Assembly: GCA_964234715.1 (NCBI GenBank)
Contig: OZ174279.1
Reading direction: 5' to 3' (one strand)
Source: Podarcis melisellensis
Taxonomy: Eukaryota
Length of the DNA: 64,000 bases
The translations under genes were made by a program, and so were the position numbers. The notes beneath the pieces were generated by a model. The model did no database searches and had not been told where the DNA came from. It worked only from the letters and a program-made list of their open reading frames with translations. Every line of letters begins with the position of its first letter. Position 1 is the stretch's first letter. This document shows, one piece after another, positions 10,202 to 23,644 of the stretch.

Positions 10202-13200
10202 ATAGCATCTCTGCCCCACTCTCAAATTTATTTTGCATATGAAACGGGGCTTGATAATTTCCTGACTATATTTGGAAGAGGGAAAGCGGTGATTTATATC
10301 ACAGTATGCCTGATAAAAGGCGCATACATTTTTTCTCAGGAAGAGGATGCTGATGGCAAAGTGTCATCTAAGAAGCATCCTTGAAAGATCAACTTCAGGG
10401 TGCTGTAAAGAAATATTTTGTCTATTTTGTGTTTATGTGGATTCTCGTTTCATCAGTTTTCTCTGGTTACGATGGCATGAGGCCTTGAAGAGGCTGTAGA
10501 GAATAGCAGAGAAAGACAAAAAGGTATCCCAGTGACTATTGTCCTTGAGTACATTAGATTCCCTGCAGAACGTTACTCAGATATGGATGAAACAGGCTGT
10601 GGGTAAAACTATAAACTATGCTTGCTGTAATGTGCAAGGACTAAAGGACTGTGACTGAACCACAAATCTACTACAACTCATGTTCATTTCCATCTGCAGC
10701 CTGACCTGGGGGAGGGTGTAATTATGTAATTTGTTTTAAAAATAGTGTTTTTGAAGGGGAAGAATGCAGATACCAGGTGACATAGAATTTTAGTACTGGA
10801 AATTAGTGAAGTATTGTTTGTTTGGAACCGACTTTCTACCCTAAAGTGTAGTCAAGGTGGCTCCTTGTACAACAGCCCAAAATAATAAAATGCAAAGTCA
10901 TAAATATACAAACCAACAACAAAACAGAATAGTAAAAGGCAATCATTAAAACGCTGCCAAGAATGCCAAATTAAAAGAATGCTCACTGGAGTAAATTGTC
11001 TTCATCTCTGGAATTAGCTTGCATGGTTTTCTCCTTTCCATAACTCTCTGAGTAGGTTAACGTGAAAGGTGATGACTATTATAAGGTCATGTCCAACAAG
11101 GCATTAAAACCTGAGCCTTCCCAGCCCTAGTCTTCCCGACACACCAGCCATTACACACACTAGAGCTGCGTATGCACCATACAGTTAAAGTGGCTTCCTC
11201 TAAAGAAACATGGGAACTGCAGTTTACCCCTCACAAAGCTACAATCCCCAGAACCCTTAACACAATTGAGAACTAAACACACACATGTGTTTAGTTCTCA
11301 ATTGTCCAAATTTTATTTATTTTTCTCACTACACACAAGACAAACACATGCCCTCTAACACTGATACATACTGACATACAGGCAGTCATCCTGTGGCAGA
11401 AATGGCATGGGCAACTGGAGTTTGGGGCATGTCTGGGTAGAAGAAATAGGGTTAGCAATGGCAAAGAACCAATGAGTCCACACTCCCCTAGCCTCTCTAG
11501 TGGTGCCAGGGCCTGTACGGTGCCTTATGCACAAGATAGAGCAAGCATTATAGTGGACCTCTCTTATTCTTTGGACTCAGTGAAAGGCATACTCACTGAA
11601 AATGACTGGTCACTGCTGTTGTGCATATCACAAGAAAAAAACCCAAATGCAGCTTCCTGAGCACTACGAAATTCATTCTGATCACATTCTCATGATGCAG
11701 TACAAATTCTTATCACTTAATTCTGTAGTAGTTTTTGAAACAAATTGTGTTTGGGAGATACAAAAGCCAAACTTCAAAACATGTTCAGAATAATCAGATG
11801 GATCTTCAAGAGGAGGCGGGCAGAAACCCCAGAACACAGTATTCTTTAAAATTATTCAAAAAGGAGCTGCATTTCTAAATTGAAATTGTCAACCTTATAA
11901 TTAAATATGAGCACAGTGACTCCTTGAAGCTTAAAAGTTATTCATTCAGGTTATTGATATGAATTACAGTAAATTTATCCCTTGCCAATTTTCTAGTGCA
12001 AAATGACAACAGCAAAGGCAGCTTAAGCTGGAGGTGGAATTCATAGCACATGGAAAGAAATGCTGAAGAATTTTAACATTCACCCAGAGGCTCATACACA
12101 AAAATGAAATATGACACAGTTCAAATGCTATGCAGTCCATGTTGGAAATCATCTGCCTAAAAGTCTTCTGCTCTTCTAGAGTTCCAGAATTCCTCCCCCA
12201 ACTTAGGTGTATTTAAACAGCGGCACAATACATCTACAGGAATTTTTTGTTGTTTAACTGGCATATGTTTCTGTTAATACTGTACTGCTCCTTTATTCAC
12301 TTTTTTAAAGCTTGTGTTATGTATTATGCTTTTATGACACTGTGAGTTGTCTTGAATGGGCTAGGCCCCCAAAGGCAGGCTATAAATAATGTTATAAATA
12401 AATAATACAAAACTAGCTGCAAAACTAGAAAGGCAAGGCTCACTGTAGTCTTGAGCAATTAGAGCTCGTTGCTTTCTTATTACTAAGCAGCAAAGCTGAA
12501 CTCCTTTGTTGTTAAATCTGATTTGCTATATCAACACCGACTTTAAAAGTTTACTGTGAAAAAAGAAACAGGGAAAATACTAGCACGAGGAAGAATGATC
12601 CCGGCCACAATGCCATCGCAGCTGCCCCCCCCCCCCATGCCGGAGCATGAAGCTCCGCCCCTGGCTGAGGGTAGTACCGAACTATCTGATAGGGCTACAT
12701 GTGTCCCACCATAGCTGTTGTATAAGGATATGCTGCGACCAATACGTTGCATAATTCCCAGCTGCAGAGACAGAGTTAGAAGCCTGCTTCAAAGTCCCAA
12801 AGCAGAATTAGGGGTGAGAAAATGTTAAGAGAAAAAACTTACGGATGTAAGAGAATTTTATTTAGAAACTGGCATCAGTTTTCCTGAATGTTCTGGATAA
12901 CTATGTGTTTCCTCCACAGAGAATGAAAGCAATATGTGTGTAAAGATACACCATTCATAAAAATACTAAAATATAGTGTGTGCTTTCAGTTTGTTTCTAA
13001 AAACTCTTGTATCCATTGGTTTCTTTTTCTCCATTCTTTGGAGACATGGCACAGTTGTCCTACTCCTCATTAGAATGACACAATAATCCAGACATATAGT
13101 TCCATTACCTACATATGTCCTAAAGGTTTTGTTGATTTTAATATTTGCTTTTAATTATGATGGTTTTATAGGTATATTTGATTTTAGCCAAGTTTTATCT

Positions 13201-13692
13201 ATCTTTCTATTATTTATGCATCCCTTTGAGAACATTTTGATCAAGCAGTTAATATTTTTTCTATATAAACCTTCTCAATCAAATTTGCAGACCTCGGAAA
13301 TCACAAAAGATCAGGGGAGTAAAAGATGTGTAACATCATTTCTAAGCCAAATTATAGCCAAAATTATATTTGTGATTTAGTGATTCTACTCTATTGTTCT
13401 TGGGTTTGTTTTTTAAATTGTGCTGTCTTTAGGTTTTCAGTAAGAAAAGACTGGCTGTAATGCTTTACAAATGCAAAAAGAAATGTCCACTGTTAAAGTA
13501 ACTCTGTCCTCACCTCAAGCTTCTATTTATCCAACATTGCAAATAACTTTTGACCCTTCTGCATTCATGTTGGCTTATTCCTTACATGGAATGCACAAAT
13601 GGAAAGAAAGATCACCTGCATTTTAAATGTTTGTTTTTGATTACAGCTCGCTTGATTTCTGAGGCTGTTAACAGTTGTGTTTCTGATTACAG

Positions 13693-13980
13693 TTGGACAG
13701 CGTGACTTCACTAATTCAGGCTGCCAAGAACTTGATGAATGCCGTGGTGCAGACAGTGAAGATGTCCTATATCGCCTCTACGAAGATTATCAGAATTCAA
13801 AGTCCTGCTGGCCCACGACACCCTGTGGTGATGTGGCGGATGAAGGCTCCGGAAAAGAAGCCTTTGATTAAGAGAGAGAAGCCAGAGGAAATCTATGCAG
13901 CTGTCAGGAAAGGGTCGGCTAAGAAGAAAATCCATCCCGTCCAAATCATGAGTGAATTTAGAGGAAGAGAAATAAACTGA
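13693..13980 (+). CDS. CTNNA3: Catenin alpha-3, terminal coding exon (95 aa plus stop)
   Basis: AG at 13691-13692; LDSVTSLIQAAKNLMNAVVQTVKMSYIASTKIIRIQSPAGPRHPVVMWRMKAPEKKPLIKREKPEE...KKKIHPVQIMSEFRGREIN* is the CTNNA3-type C-terminus. The initial TTG is Leu after a splice junction, not a start codon. Confidence 0.98.
   Translation: MDSVTSLIQAAKNLMNAVVQTVKMSYIASTKIIRIQSPAGPRHPVVMWRMKAPEKKPLIKREKPEEIYAAVRKGSAKKKIHPVQIMSEFRGREIN
13971..13976 (+). promoter_or_regulatory. Candidate polyadenylation signal AATAAA within the last codons of CTNNA3
   Basis: GAA ATA AAC TGA contains AATAAA; CA dinucleotide at 13996-13997; GU/U-rich tract at 14028-14049. Confidence 0.4.
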
Positions 13981-16126
13981 AATTATTATTCTGTTCACTG
14001 CACAAGTTTCCTACACCAAGAGGCTGCTTGTTCTGTGTAGTTATTTTTTCACTTCTCTAATCCTACAAGTAAAGTAATAGTTGATGTTCTTGTTTTACAT
14101 ATGTTTAACATTTACATTACATTAGGTTATATTCATTTGTACACGATGAAGCAGCCTATGACTTTTTAAACCCACTTTTCAGTCATTGCCATCATATCTT
14201 TTAACACAATTTCTTCTGTTTTGAAGAGTGCTTTAATTTTGATCACTCACCCCATTATTTAATATATTTGATCTGGAACCTCACTATTTTGAACACAATA
14301 TTAGGAAAACAAAATAGTATCACAATGTGCCATGTTTAATCCAAAAAAAAAAAAAATTAGCATTTGTTCAAAGCTTTGCATCGTTCACAGCACTTCACAC
14401 ACAATATACATTTAAAACAACCTTTGTTGTCCCCCAGGTTTAAGAAAGGGGTTGAGGCAGCTTGATAAGAGGTTGTCTAATAATGTCACCTAGGGACTTC
14501 ATGGTTAAGGAGGAACGGAGCAGTCTATTTTCACTCCATGATGCAGAAAAATTCATATTGCAAAGAATGAATTCTTAGAACATCCTTATTTGTGGTTGTG
14601 GATTTGATTATGGGATGTTACTGTTCACACTCTTAAGAACTGCACTGCAGCAACTCTCACATTATTTCTAGTGGGATAGTTAATAAGACTAGAATTTTGC
14701 TCATGTTATGAAATACTGGCTTAATTAAAGTCAATGGGTGGCCTTCAGAAAAATCTTAAAATAATCAGCACTACAAGGATAATGTATAATTGGACCAGCT
14801 GTTCAAGTGATGGAAACTGATACAGCTGCAGCGTGTGTTGGACTTCAGGAGCAGAAAGGAAACCTTGTTCTTCAAATCAGTCTTCTCCTGCTCCTTTCAT
14901 AGCTCTCTGTTTTTTCGAGGAGGCTTGCTGATTCATCCAACGCTCTACTGTTTTACCTTCCTTCCTTAAAACCCACTAGTCCTGCTTAACAATGAAAAAT
15001 ATATAAACCTGAAGAAAATTGAAGTTTTAACCATCTAGTAATGAACAACTAAGGTATCCCGCAGAGTGATGAAATTTAATATCTCATAGGAGGAGAAATT
15101 ATAAAAATGTAAAACATGTATTGAGTTTGTGAGATGTTTTCTCCTGCTTTTTTCCTGTTTCCCCAGGTGATGTTTTGACAGAACTCTACCAGCTGGCACA
15201 ATGGCTTCAATGATCAAATGCATATTCTATTTGGTTGATGCTGTCATATAGTTGTACAATATATAGTTAGGGAACCAAAACTGTTAAAACTAAAATAATC
15301 GAAGTATTTTAGTCTCCCTGAGGCCAACATACTAAATCCCTGTTGAAACACTAAAGGATTGAAATAATCATTGTCAAAGAGAAAGCCACCATTTGTTTCA
15401 ACATCATCAGAAATGAAAATGATTATATAAATTTCTATACAATTTATATGAATACTAGGATAATTGCACCTTTCATAAGATCCATTTAACTAGCTCTCCG
15501 GGGGGGGGGGGGAGAGAAGCCTTGATATGATGGAGCAGCAAAGCATTTTTGTAAATGACCCAAAAATCACCTTTATTTGTGACACTATGATAAATTGAAA
15601 TGTAATGTAAGGAGACGGCTCAGTATATAAACGTCTTTTCCTGTGGTGTCCCAGTTCTCAAAATGTGACAATTCAGAAGCAGAAATAGCTTTGTGAATTA
15701 TTACATTTAATGTTTTTCAAAGTATACACCAAAGATGAAAGAGCTTTTGAAATCCTTGATTATCAGATGTTTTGAACAAAGTCAGCTATATCACTGTGAA
15801 CTTCCTTCATTCCACTGTCTCCACTACCCTCTGTCTCTCAGGACATGGTCAGATGTTACTTTTCTGAACACAACATAAAAGGAGAGTAGGACCCTGTCCT
15901 GTGCTTATGTGCCTACACCTCTCCTTCCTGAATAAGAAAGTGGTATCTGACATAACCAAATGCCATGCTTACTTGCACCAAGGATCTACCTAAACATATT
16001 GTCTCTCACTGACAAGCCTGAAACTAGCTCCTTCTCCATACCAGAAGTTGGCTTTCAGCGCCCATAATCTATCAATGACCTACAGATTTAAGCAGGAGGT
16101 GCCCTATTTAAACACTCTGCTTACAT

Positions 16127-16639
16127 CAGGTGTGGGGAACTGGCTCTGGTTGGTGGACCATATTCTGAGCTCCCCTATTGATGACAAGCCACTTTGAGAG
16201 GTGGGCAGGGCCAGTCCAGTAGGACTGACATCACTGATATCACTGACATCAAGACCTACCTTCTGCAAGTTTCAGCTGTGTTCCCCATGGGGAACTCAAT
16301 AGTGCAGCCATTCCAGCAGACTTGAAGGAGGTGGCTTCAACTCCTGCCTTGGGCAAGGTACGGATGTGCTACTATGTTTTCTATGGGGAATACCATAGCT
16401 CAGCTGATCCCAGCAGGCCTGCACTCAAAGCCAATCAACAGCCGTGGTAGTAATCTCCCTGACATGTTAAGGAGCACACATGAATCTACCTGCCCCACAC
16501 GTGACATCATGCCACACTTGATATCACATACATCAGGTGTGTGGCAGGTGGGCATAATTATGGGAAAACAGCCTCACAGGCCCAACTGTGGACTTGCTAG
16601 GCCTAAAAATCCCTGCAGACTGGACTTTCCACACCCTTG
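16127..16639. mobile_element. hAT-type non-autonomous element (~510 bp), diverged
   Basis: TIRs CAGGTGTGGGGAAC / TTTCCACACCCTTG; degenerate 8-bp TSD GCTTACAT / GATTACAC. Confidence 0.65.
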
Positions 16640-17038
16640 GATTACACGTAAAACTACATGCAAGCTAAGAGAATGGGGACATGTGCACTAAGCTCTCCCC
16701 CCCCCACATGACCCTTCCAAGTCATGGAGGGTGAAGGCATAAAGTGAGGAGCTTCCTCTACTTGTGGAAGTTTCCTGAACATTTTAGAACCCAAAATATG
16801 CAGGTGCAACTTAGCACCTCTTGTGTACCTGTGCACATGTTTTACATGCAAGCAAAAATGCCCCCAAGGCCCTTTTCTGAGTGCTGGATGCTCTCATGTT
16901 GGGTCTTGGTGGGGCATAAAATAGCAGATTCCTCCTTATGCTGTATAATGTGGAATTAAGTTTAAAATATAATAGTTGCTTCCTCCACTTCTAGTGGATT
17001 TCATAAACTGGAGGGGGGAGTTCTTAAAACTCAGCAGC

Positions 17039-17087
17039 AACAAAGCTTCACATCTGTTACAGTGGTTGCTAGGAAACTGTTAACAAT
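17039..17087. promoter_or_regulatory. Candidate enhancer motif cluster (SOX, E-box, RFX X-box, SOX)
   Basis: AACAAAG at 17039, CATCTG at 17051, GTTGCTAGGAAAC at 17065-17077, AACAAT at 17082; motif match only. Confidence 0.3.
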
Positions 17088-20000
17088 TTCCTGGAAAATG
17101 TATTAGAAATGTTGGCCCTCAATGCTTTTGTGATTAGTTAGTGAGTGTAAGTAGGGGTGACATGAAAGGATACTAAATCTGCTTTCTCCACTCTACTACT
17201 ACTACTTATTATTATTTTGTGGGTACTAAGGTAAAGAACAGTGGGTTGTATCCAAAGTAGTGCTAAGCAACTAAATCTACCAGTGCAAGGATTTATGCTC
17301 GCATAACGGAATTTCCCACCTTCTATGGGCAAAAACCAGTGATGGGACCTGCAGCCACCATCTGAAGATGCCATGTGCCAATGCCAGGCCTGGCTGAGAT
17401 GATATGGCAGTATCAGTCATACCAGCACCTTCATGTGAGGAGTGGGCAGATGACTGATGTGATTTGTGCAAATCAAGGATGCAGTAATCCTATCAATTGC
17501 AGCAAATTACACATTCTAGCTGGAACCAGAGTTCTCACAACTGACACCACAATATGAAATGGTTGTGGACATCAGAGTTGCTCCCTCAGAAACTCAAATT
17601 CCACAAGGCTCAGGTTGCAGATATTTTGTTTAAAGCCTTTCACTTCTTGGAGTCATGTCTTTCTTTCAGCTTACTTTGATGTTGATGAGTCATGGCGTGA
17701 CTTACATTACTAATCAAGCTGAAATAAATATTGTTTGGCACACACAGAAGTAATTCCCTCCTGCTTTTTTCTATTATGGTTTCAGTTTATTATAGTTTCT
17801 GGGCAATATTAGGTAATATTAGAAAATGTGAAGGAACAAGGTAACTGGGTACAAAGGAGAAGGGAAGGTCCAAGGAGACAATACTAACATGGCTATCTAT
17901 CTGTCAAGAAAAAAAGGACTGTCCATTGCTATGGGATCTTATTGAGAAAATAAGCATCTCTGAAAGTGAACTGTGTCTCCAAGCTCACCCTGAGAATAAC
18001 AAAACAACCCTGTGCTAGTGTGACACAAGATTCTGCTGGTTAACCTACTCCATAACTGGAATGTTTCTCCAATTATATCCCATAATATACTTCAAGGCAA
18101 AATACAAGAAAGCAGAAGGATGATGCAGTAATCGTGTGTTAGTAACATTTATAAAACCAGAAATAAGTGGGGTGGATGTGGTCCAGTGCCTGCCTTGCTA
18201 TATAAACAGGCTCTGCTGCAGGTTGTGGGGATGACTCCAGATGGGTCAACACCAAAGCAAGATCGTTAGGATTTGGTGCCCCCCCCCCATGAGAGACAGA
18301 GGGAGAGTGTTGAAGGAGACTTATTCTCTTATTCCTGACAGAGTGCGATGTGCCTACTACTGGATTTTTGTTTATTATCTTTGGCCCTAAACTCTGAATT
18401 ATATATGGTGATACAGGATAATGATAATAATAATTTATACCCCGCCCATCTGCTAACTAGTCTGGTTGGGCAAGAAGCAAGGAGTTGCAAAGATGCTGCC
18501 ACACTTTCTGTTGAAGTGGAGTGACTGACAACCATCTGAGGCAGAGGCCTAAATATTTGGTCTCTCGTTTCTTGTTTCAGCCATAACACACCTCTGGAAG
18601 ATACTGGCAGCTCATCCACTGATCCATCTTTTAGTGTGAACTGCATACATAAAAAGTTCCTGCATTCAGTTTTCTTCTTCACTTCAACATGTGTGCACAT
18701 GCTTTTCTCTTTCTTTAAAAGATGAGATTCTGCCATTAAACTGTCTGAAAGAGTAGAGGGCTAGATTCAGTCCCTTACCCAGCTTTCCCATCAGAGAGCT
18801 GACTGGGGAGATGCTAGCTTTTTAAAAGCTGCTCCATTTATGCTGTGTTGGATAAAAGCTTTGTGTTTCTGAATTTCAATTGGTTTCCTATTATACATGC
18901 TACGTTATGAAGTATTTTAAAGGTACTCATCCTAAACAGCATAGACCCTGTGTAACTGAAGGAATAAAATCTCCCCATGTGACCCACATTTGCAGCTGTG
19001 TGATCATCAAGAGGCAGCCTGCTTCAGGGTCCATCTGTTTGCCTTATTAGGCTGATTGAGATGGGACCATTGTGACACCATCTACGTGGGAATGCCCTTG
19101 GCAGAGAGGTGCTCTGTGCTTCTGTCACCAATTATAGGAAGCTTTTGGGATTCAGATTGTCATTCAAATTAAAATTAGATGTAAAACTGTGCATAGGCTT
19201 CATATGCTATTTTAATATTGACTTTTCTTTCGGTTTATTGTTAAGCCATTTTGACAGTTTTATTAGAAAGGCACTGGCTTAATTTTAAAATAAACCATGT
19301 CAAATAAAATTGCTTTCCCACATGCACAGTTTGACTCTGGCCAGTTCTACCCACACTGCCTTTCTTTTATTTCAGCTAGAGCTACTGCTGAGCCAAAAGT
19401 TCTTGAGGAAGAATATTCAGATAACAAAAAAAGGAGGGATGAATTTTGTTCCTTGAAACTGGGGTGAGGAATTTGGGCTGCCATAAACATTTGCTCCCTG
19501 AAAGAAATGCCTAAATGCCTTCACCCCAGATTTGGTGTCTCCAACTGGATACTGAATAGAAAAAAGGGGGCGTTGCTCCACACTAGATTATTCTATTACC
19601 AAATTCAAGCCCATAATGTTTGTCTTACTCTATGCAAATATCAATCTCCCACATAATGTCTTGTCAGGTGGTTTGTTCAAATCCAAACCCAAACACAAAA
19701 CATAATCATATTTCTGAAAAACCCAAATAGGAAGTTAGTCTGACATCTTTAGTGGACATATGATGATTTACAAAACATGGGATAGAAATATTAATGAGAC
19801 AAACCTATACACAACTGAACTCAGCAGGACTTGCATCTCAGTAGACATGCAGAGGATTGTGCTTTAAGGCCACACCTTTGTACACTAGTCATTCTAGCAA
19901 ACAGTTTGGGAATCATTCGCCACACCAGCCACAGATTTGTTTTGAAAGCTGCTACTGCAAGCTACCTCAAGTGCTTAAAGAAGATAATAAAATGGGATTA

Positions 20001-20920
20001 AAATCTACAGAATGCAAGAGCAGTAACTTTTTTGTTTTCACGCCTGTGTTCCTGTGGTTCTTACTCCCTCAACCAATTGGTTCCTTGAACCTACGCCACC
20101 TGTTGTCATGGTTTCTTTCTGCATTTAAAGCTCTTTGATCAGCAAAGGCCACAGTCTACCAGCCTCCCTCACTCCAAGTAGGGCGTCTTCCGCAAATTGT
20201 CTCAATAATGTCAAACCTGCCCAGACTCTGTGAGTCAATTCCACTGTTTTCTTTAAATGAAACCCCTAATTATTTTACCTATGCAATCAATGCAATGTGG
20301 GTCTCTATTATCATTTCCCCCTTACAGTATCTCTCTGAGCCTCCAAATCTAATTAGCATTTCTCAGATAATCTCAGGAGCCGGTCAAATAGATTTAAACC
20401 ACTTTGATTTACATCACGAGTTTTAATCATGATTTAACAACAAGGCAGCCTTGATTCAAATGCTTAGTTTTAATCATAATTTCCATTTATATTAGGTAGC
20501 TAATTTATTTAGAAGAGATTCACCCTCGCCGGCTGGCATTGCCATTAGACCACCTTCATTTCATTACTTTCTTACAGATAAAGCCAGGTAAAATTAAATA
20601 TAAGTCATATTTTGCTAGCCACGGGGACAGATTCATGACCCTTGAATTAACAGTTGCACAGCAATTTGCTCACACTAGGGATTGCCACCACTAACCATGT
20701 GACTGGTGCTTGCCTCAGTAGCAACTTGGGAAAGTGGTAGAGATGACAGAGCTGGATTCAGATGCCCTACTTTCAGCTCAAGGGCCACATATATTTCTGT
20801 AAAAACCTTTCAAAGGCCGCATGCCAATGGTAAGCAGAGCCACAGGCAAAACTGGGAGGAGCAAAACATTGGGGGGGGGTTGCCTTTGCACACACTTTGG
20901 TCTGACACATGTCTTTATAG

Positions 20921-21057
20921 CGGGGATGATGAACCTGTGTTCCACCAAATGTAGCTGAACTCCAGCTCCCACCAGCCCCAGTCAGCACGGCCAATAGTCA
21001 GGATGATGGGAAACGTAGTCTAACAACGCTCAGAGGGCCAATGTTACCCCATTGCTG
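20921..21057. mobile_element. Short palindromic hAT MITE; related degraded copies at ~23200-23308, 27487-27625, 28200-28336, 30930-31000, 34862-34972 and 45700-45772
   Basis: Self-complementary arms CCAGATGTT...CTCCCA / TGGGAG...AACATCTGG in consensus form; near-perfect 8-bp TSD CTTTATAG / CCTTATAG. Confidence 0.75.
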
Positions 21058-21439
21058 CCTTATAGATCCAGGAAAGTTCTATATTATGCCTTCTTAGTAA
21101 AGTGCTATGGAGACAGTGTGTTTTAAAACAAGAGACAGCTAATCCAAAAACAGACAACATTCAATAATAAGGTAAAAATATTAATGAACAACCCTAATTT
21201 TAGTACACCAATTCCTAATTCATAATGCATCAAACTTATCCAACTGTCTTTCATGCTCTTTTTATTAAAAGTAGTAATAGGAAAATAATTTGACTGGGTT
21301 TTGCAATAATCCCTTGCATGTACTCACAAGTAACGATCACACAACCCTGATCAGATCTACCCAGCACAAGGAAAAACAGACCCTTATATTTACAAAGTGG
21401 GATGACTGGTGGCTCCTAGATAAAGAGGCAAGCCAGGAG

Positions 21440-22270
21440 GAAGCTTCAGCTTCCAGAGAGGCAGCCAAACTGAATGAATGGGTGTTAAGGTGGCAAATAC
21501 AACTCAGCATAAGCAAATGTAAATTGATTCACATTGGGCAAAAAATTCAAGCTTCACATATACACTTATGAATTGGTGGTGAATATGTCAAGTCACAGTG
21601 TGGCAGCTGTGAAAAGAGATTTCAAGTCAGGGGTCATTAGAAAAGGGTTTGGAACAAAAACTGCAGAGATCATAACACTGCTATACAGATCTTGTACAAC
21701 CATAATTAGAAAACTGTTTACAGTTCTGGTCCTGACATCTCAAAAAGGACATGGCAGAGATGGAAAAGGTTCAGAAAAAAGCAACCAAAATGATAAATGG
21801 GCTGGTACAACACTCCTATGAAGAAAGATTATAATGCTGGGGTTTTTTAGTTTGCTAAAAAGTTGAGGAAGGGGTGGACATGATAAGGTGTATAAAATTA
21901 TGTATGGTGTGGAGAAACAAGATAGAAAGAAGTCTTTCTCCGTCTCTCACTATGCTACAACCCGGGGTCATCAGCTGAAGCTGAATGTGGGAAGGTTCGG
22001 GATTGGCAAAATGAAGTTCTTCACATAGTGTACAGTTGCAAACTATGGAATATGCTATTGCAATGTGTGGTGATGATCACCAATTTAGATGGCTTTGAAA
22101 AGGTTTCAGGCAAATTCACTGAGGATAAGGTTAACCAAGGCTACAAGCCAAGATGGCTGTGTACAACCTCAGGAATCTGAGGTGGTATGCCTCTGAATAT
22201 CTGTTGCTGGGGAAAAGACTGATACAACTAGAGAGGCTTTTGGCCTGATCCAGCCGGGTGTTTCTTATGG
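21440..22270 (+). mobile_element. CR1 LINE, 5'-truncated and decayed (ORF2 C-terminal part and 3' UTR)
   Basis: Remnant peptide ...KLNEWVLRWQIQLSISKCKLIHIG (CR1 W..W...N..KCKVMH motif); TGGAAAAGGTTCAGAAAAAAGCAACCAAAATGAT; 3' tail GGCCTGATCCAGC; multiple frameshifts. Confidence 0.9.
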
Positions 22271-23644
22271 TCTTTGAGCAGACAGAGAATGGAATCTCTG
22301 GCAGAAGTGTCTGGAGGAGGACAGTGACTGTGCTGCTTATCCACAGAGAATAAATCTCTGAACATAATTACAGAGCAGTTTAAAATGGGGAGAGACTGCC
22401 CAGTTTGGCAGTCAGACCAATTACTTGGTGGGGTAGGGTTTGCTAATGTAGGAGAAGCTCTATAGAAATGCTAATAAATATTATGGGGTATTTTGCAAAC
22501 AATGCTAAGAATTCAGTATATCTCTTAATGCATAACTTTTGAATCTGAGTTAGAGTAAAAGAGAAAGCCATTTAAAAATTGAACACACTTTTTGAAAACC
22601 AACATGGATTTGTCAGTTGATTTCAAAAGGCGCGTCATCAAAATGCAATTCATGGCACCCCCTTATTTCAAATCTAGTATGCTGATGATCATCTTAATAC
22701 AAGTCATTTGGCTGTTGTGTTCCAGTTTGATTTTTTTTACTGTTGGCCAGGGATATTGAAGAAAGTAAACCAAATGTTGGCACTACTACATGAAAGAAGA
22801 CAGCATTTGTACGAAGTAGCCATGCTTGTTGTGATTTGTTTCATTAACTATCCTTGGTCAGATAGTAATTGACTGGTATAAATTAGGGAATCCAAGGAGT
22901 TTCAGCAAACAATGAACACAAGAGGCATCTATAAGGGAACAAAGGCCCCTGCAAATGGAGCAATTATAGGCTTGTTGCAGAACTCACCACTATCAAATAA
23001 GTGCTATGCTAATAACAAGGATGGGACTGTGTCACTGGATTAAATAAAGATTTCTTGTAAACAGATGGTAGAAGACGTGTCTTCCAAGCTAATGAAGAAG
23101 AAAAGAGGAACGAGAAACTAAGCAATAGTAAAAATATTCTTGTGTCCACAGGCCTGCCTACATGTGACAGACACCCTCTTGCAAGTATTCAGGTCCACTG
23201 CAAGGATGGGAAATCTGTTGTTGGACTCCAATGCCCATCAGCCCCAGTCAGCATGGCAAAAGGGTTCTTTGGTCCAACAACATCTGGGAGGCCACACATT
23301 TCCCATGCCACAGAGTTACTGTGCTTTAGGAGTCTCTTGCAAGAATGAACCATCCTGTAATGCTACATTTGCAAAATGCTGGAGCGCAGGGAAGGGCTGT
23401 GCGTGGGAGTCTGTCGTATGGATGACCTCAGGGTTCCCATAACCATTATGTACATTCTTTATGCAAAGGATAATTATCTTACTTAAAATACATTCTAATT
23501 CAATATAATTATCCTTTCAACAAAGAATGTTCGTAACATCTAGAAGAAAACTGACACCACTACATTCAGGCACACATGCATATACCAGATGCTATTATCA
23601 AAAATGCAGGTCAAGAATATGTCAAAGTTCTGAAGGAGGGAGAC

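Larger units (their letters stand above)
5112..13692 (+). other. CTNNA3: Last intron of CTNNA3 (8581 nt, GT-AG, phase 0)
   Basis: GTAAGT...TGATTACAG; joining the exons gives the in-frame sequence ...GGELIMSA|LDSVTSLIQAAKNL... Confidence 0.95.

Noticed and set aside
10320-10384. Cryptic exon TTTTTTCTCAG|GAAGAGGATGCT... (EEDADGKVSSKKHP*)
   Set aside because: Short pyrimidine tract, no clear donor, and no similarity to known alpha-catenin alternative inserts.
13677-13998. Overlapping alternative-frame and antisense ORFs over the terminal exon
   Set aside because: These are shadows of the real CTNNA3 coding frame.
14343-14356. A14 run as transcript end or retrocopy tail
   Set aside because: Genomic homopolymer with no upstream hexamer or TSD; a likely oligo-dT internal priming site.
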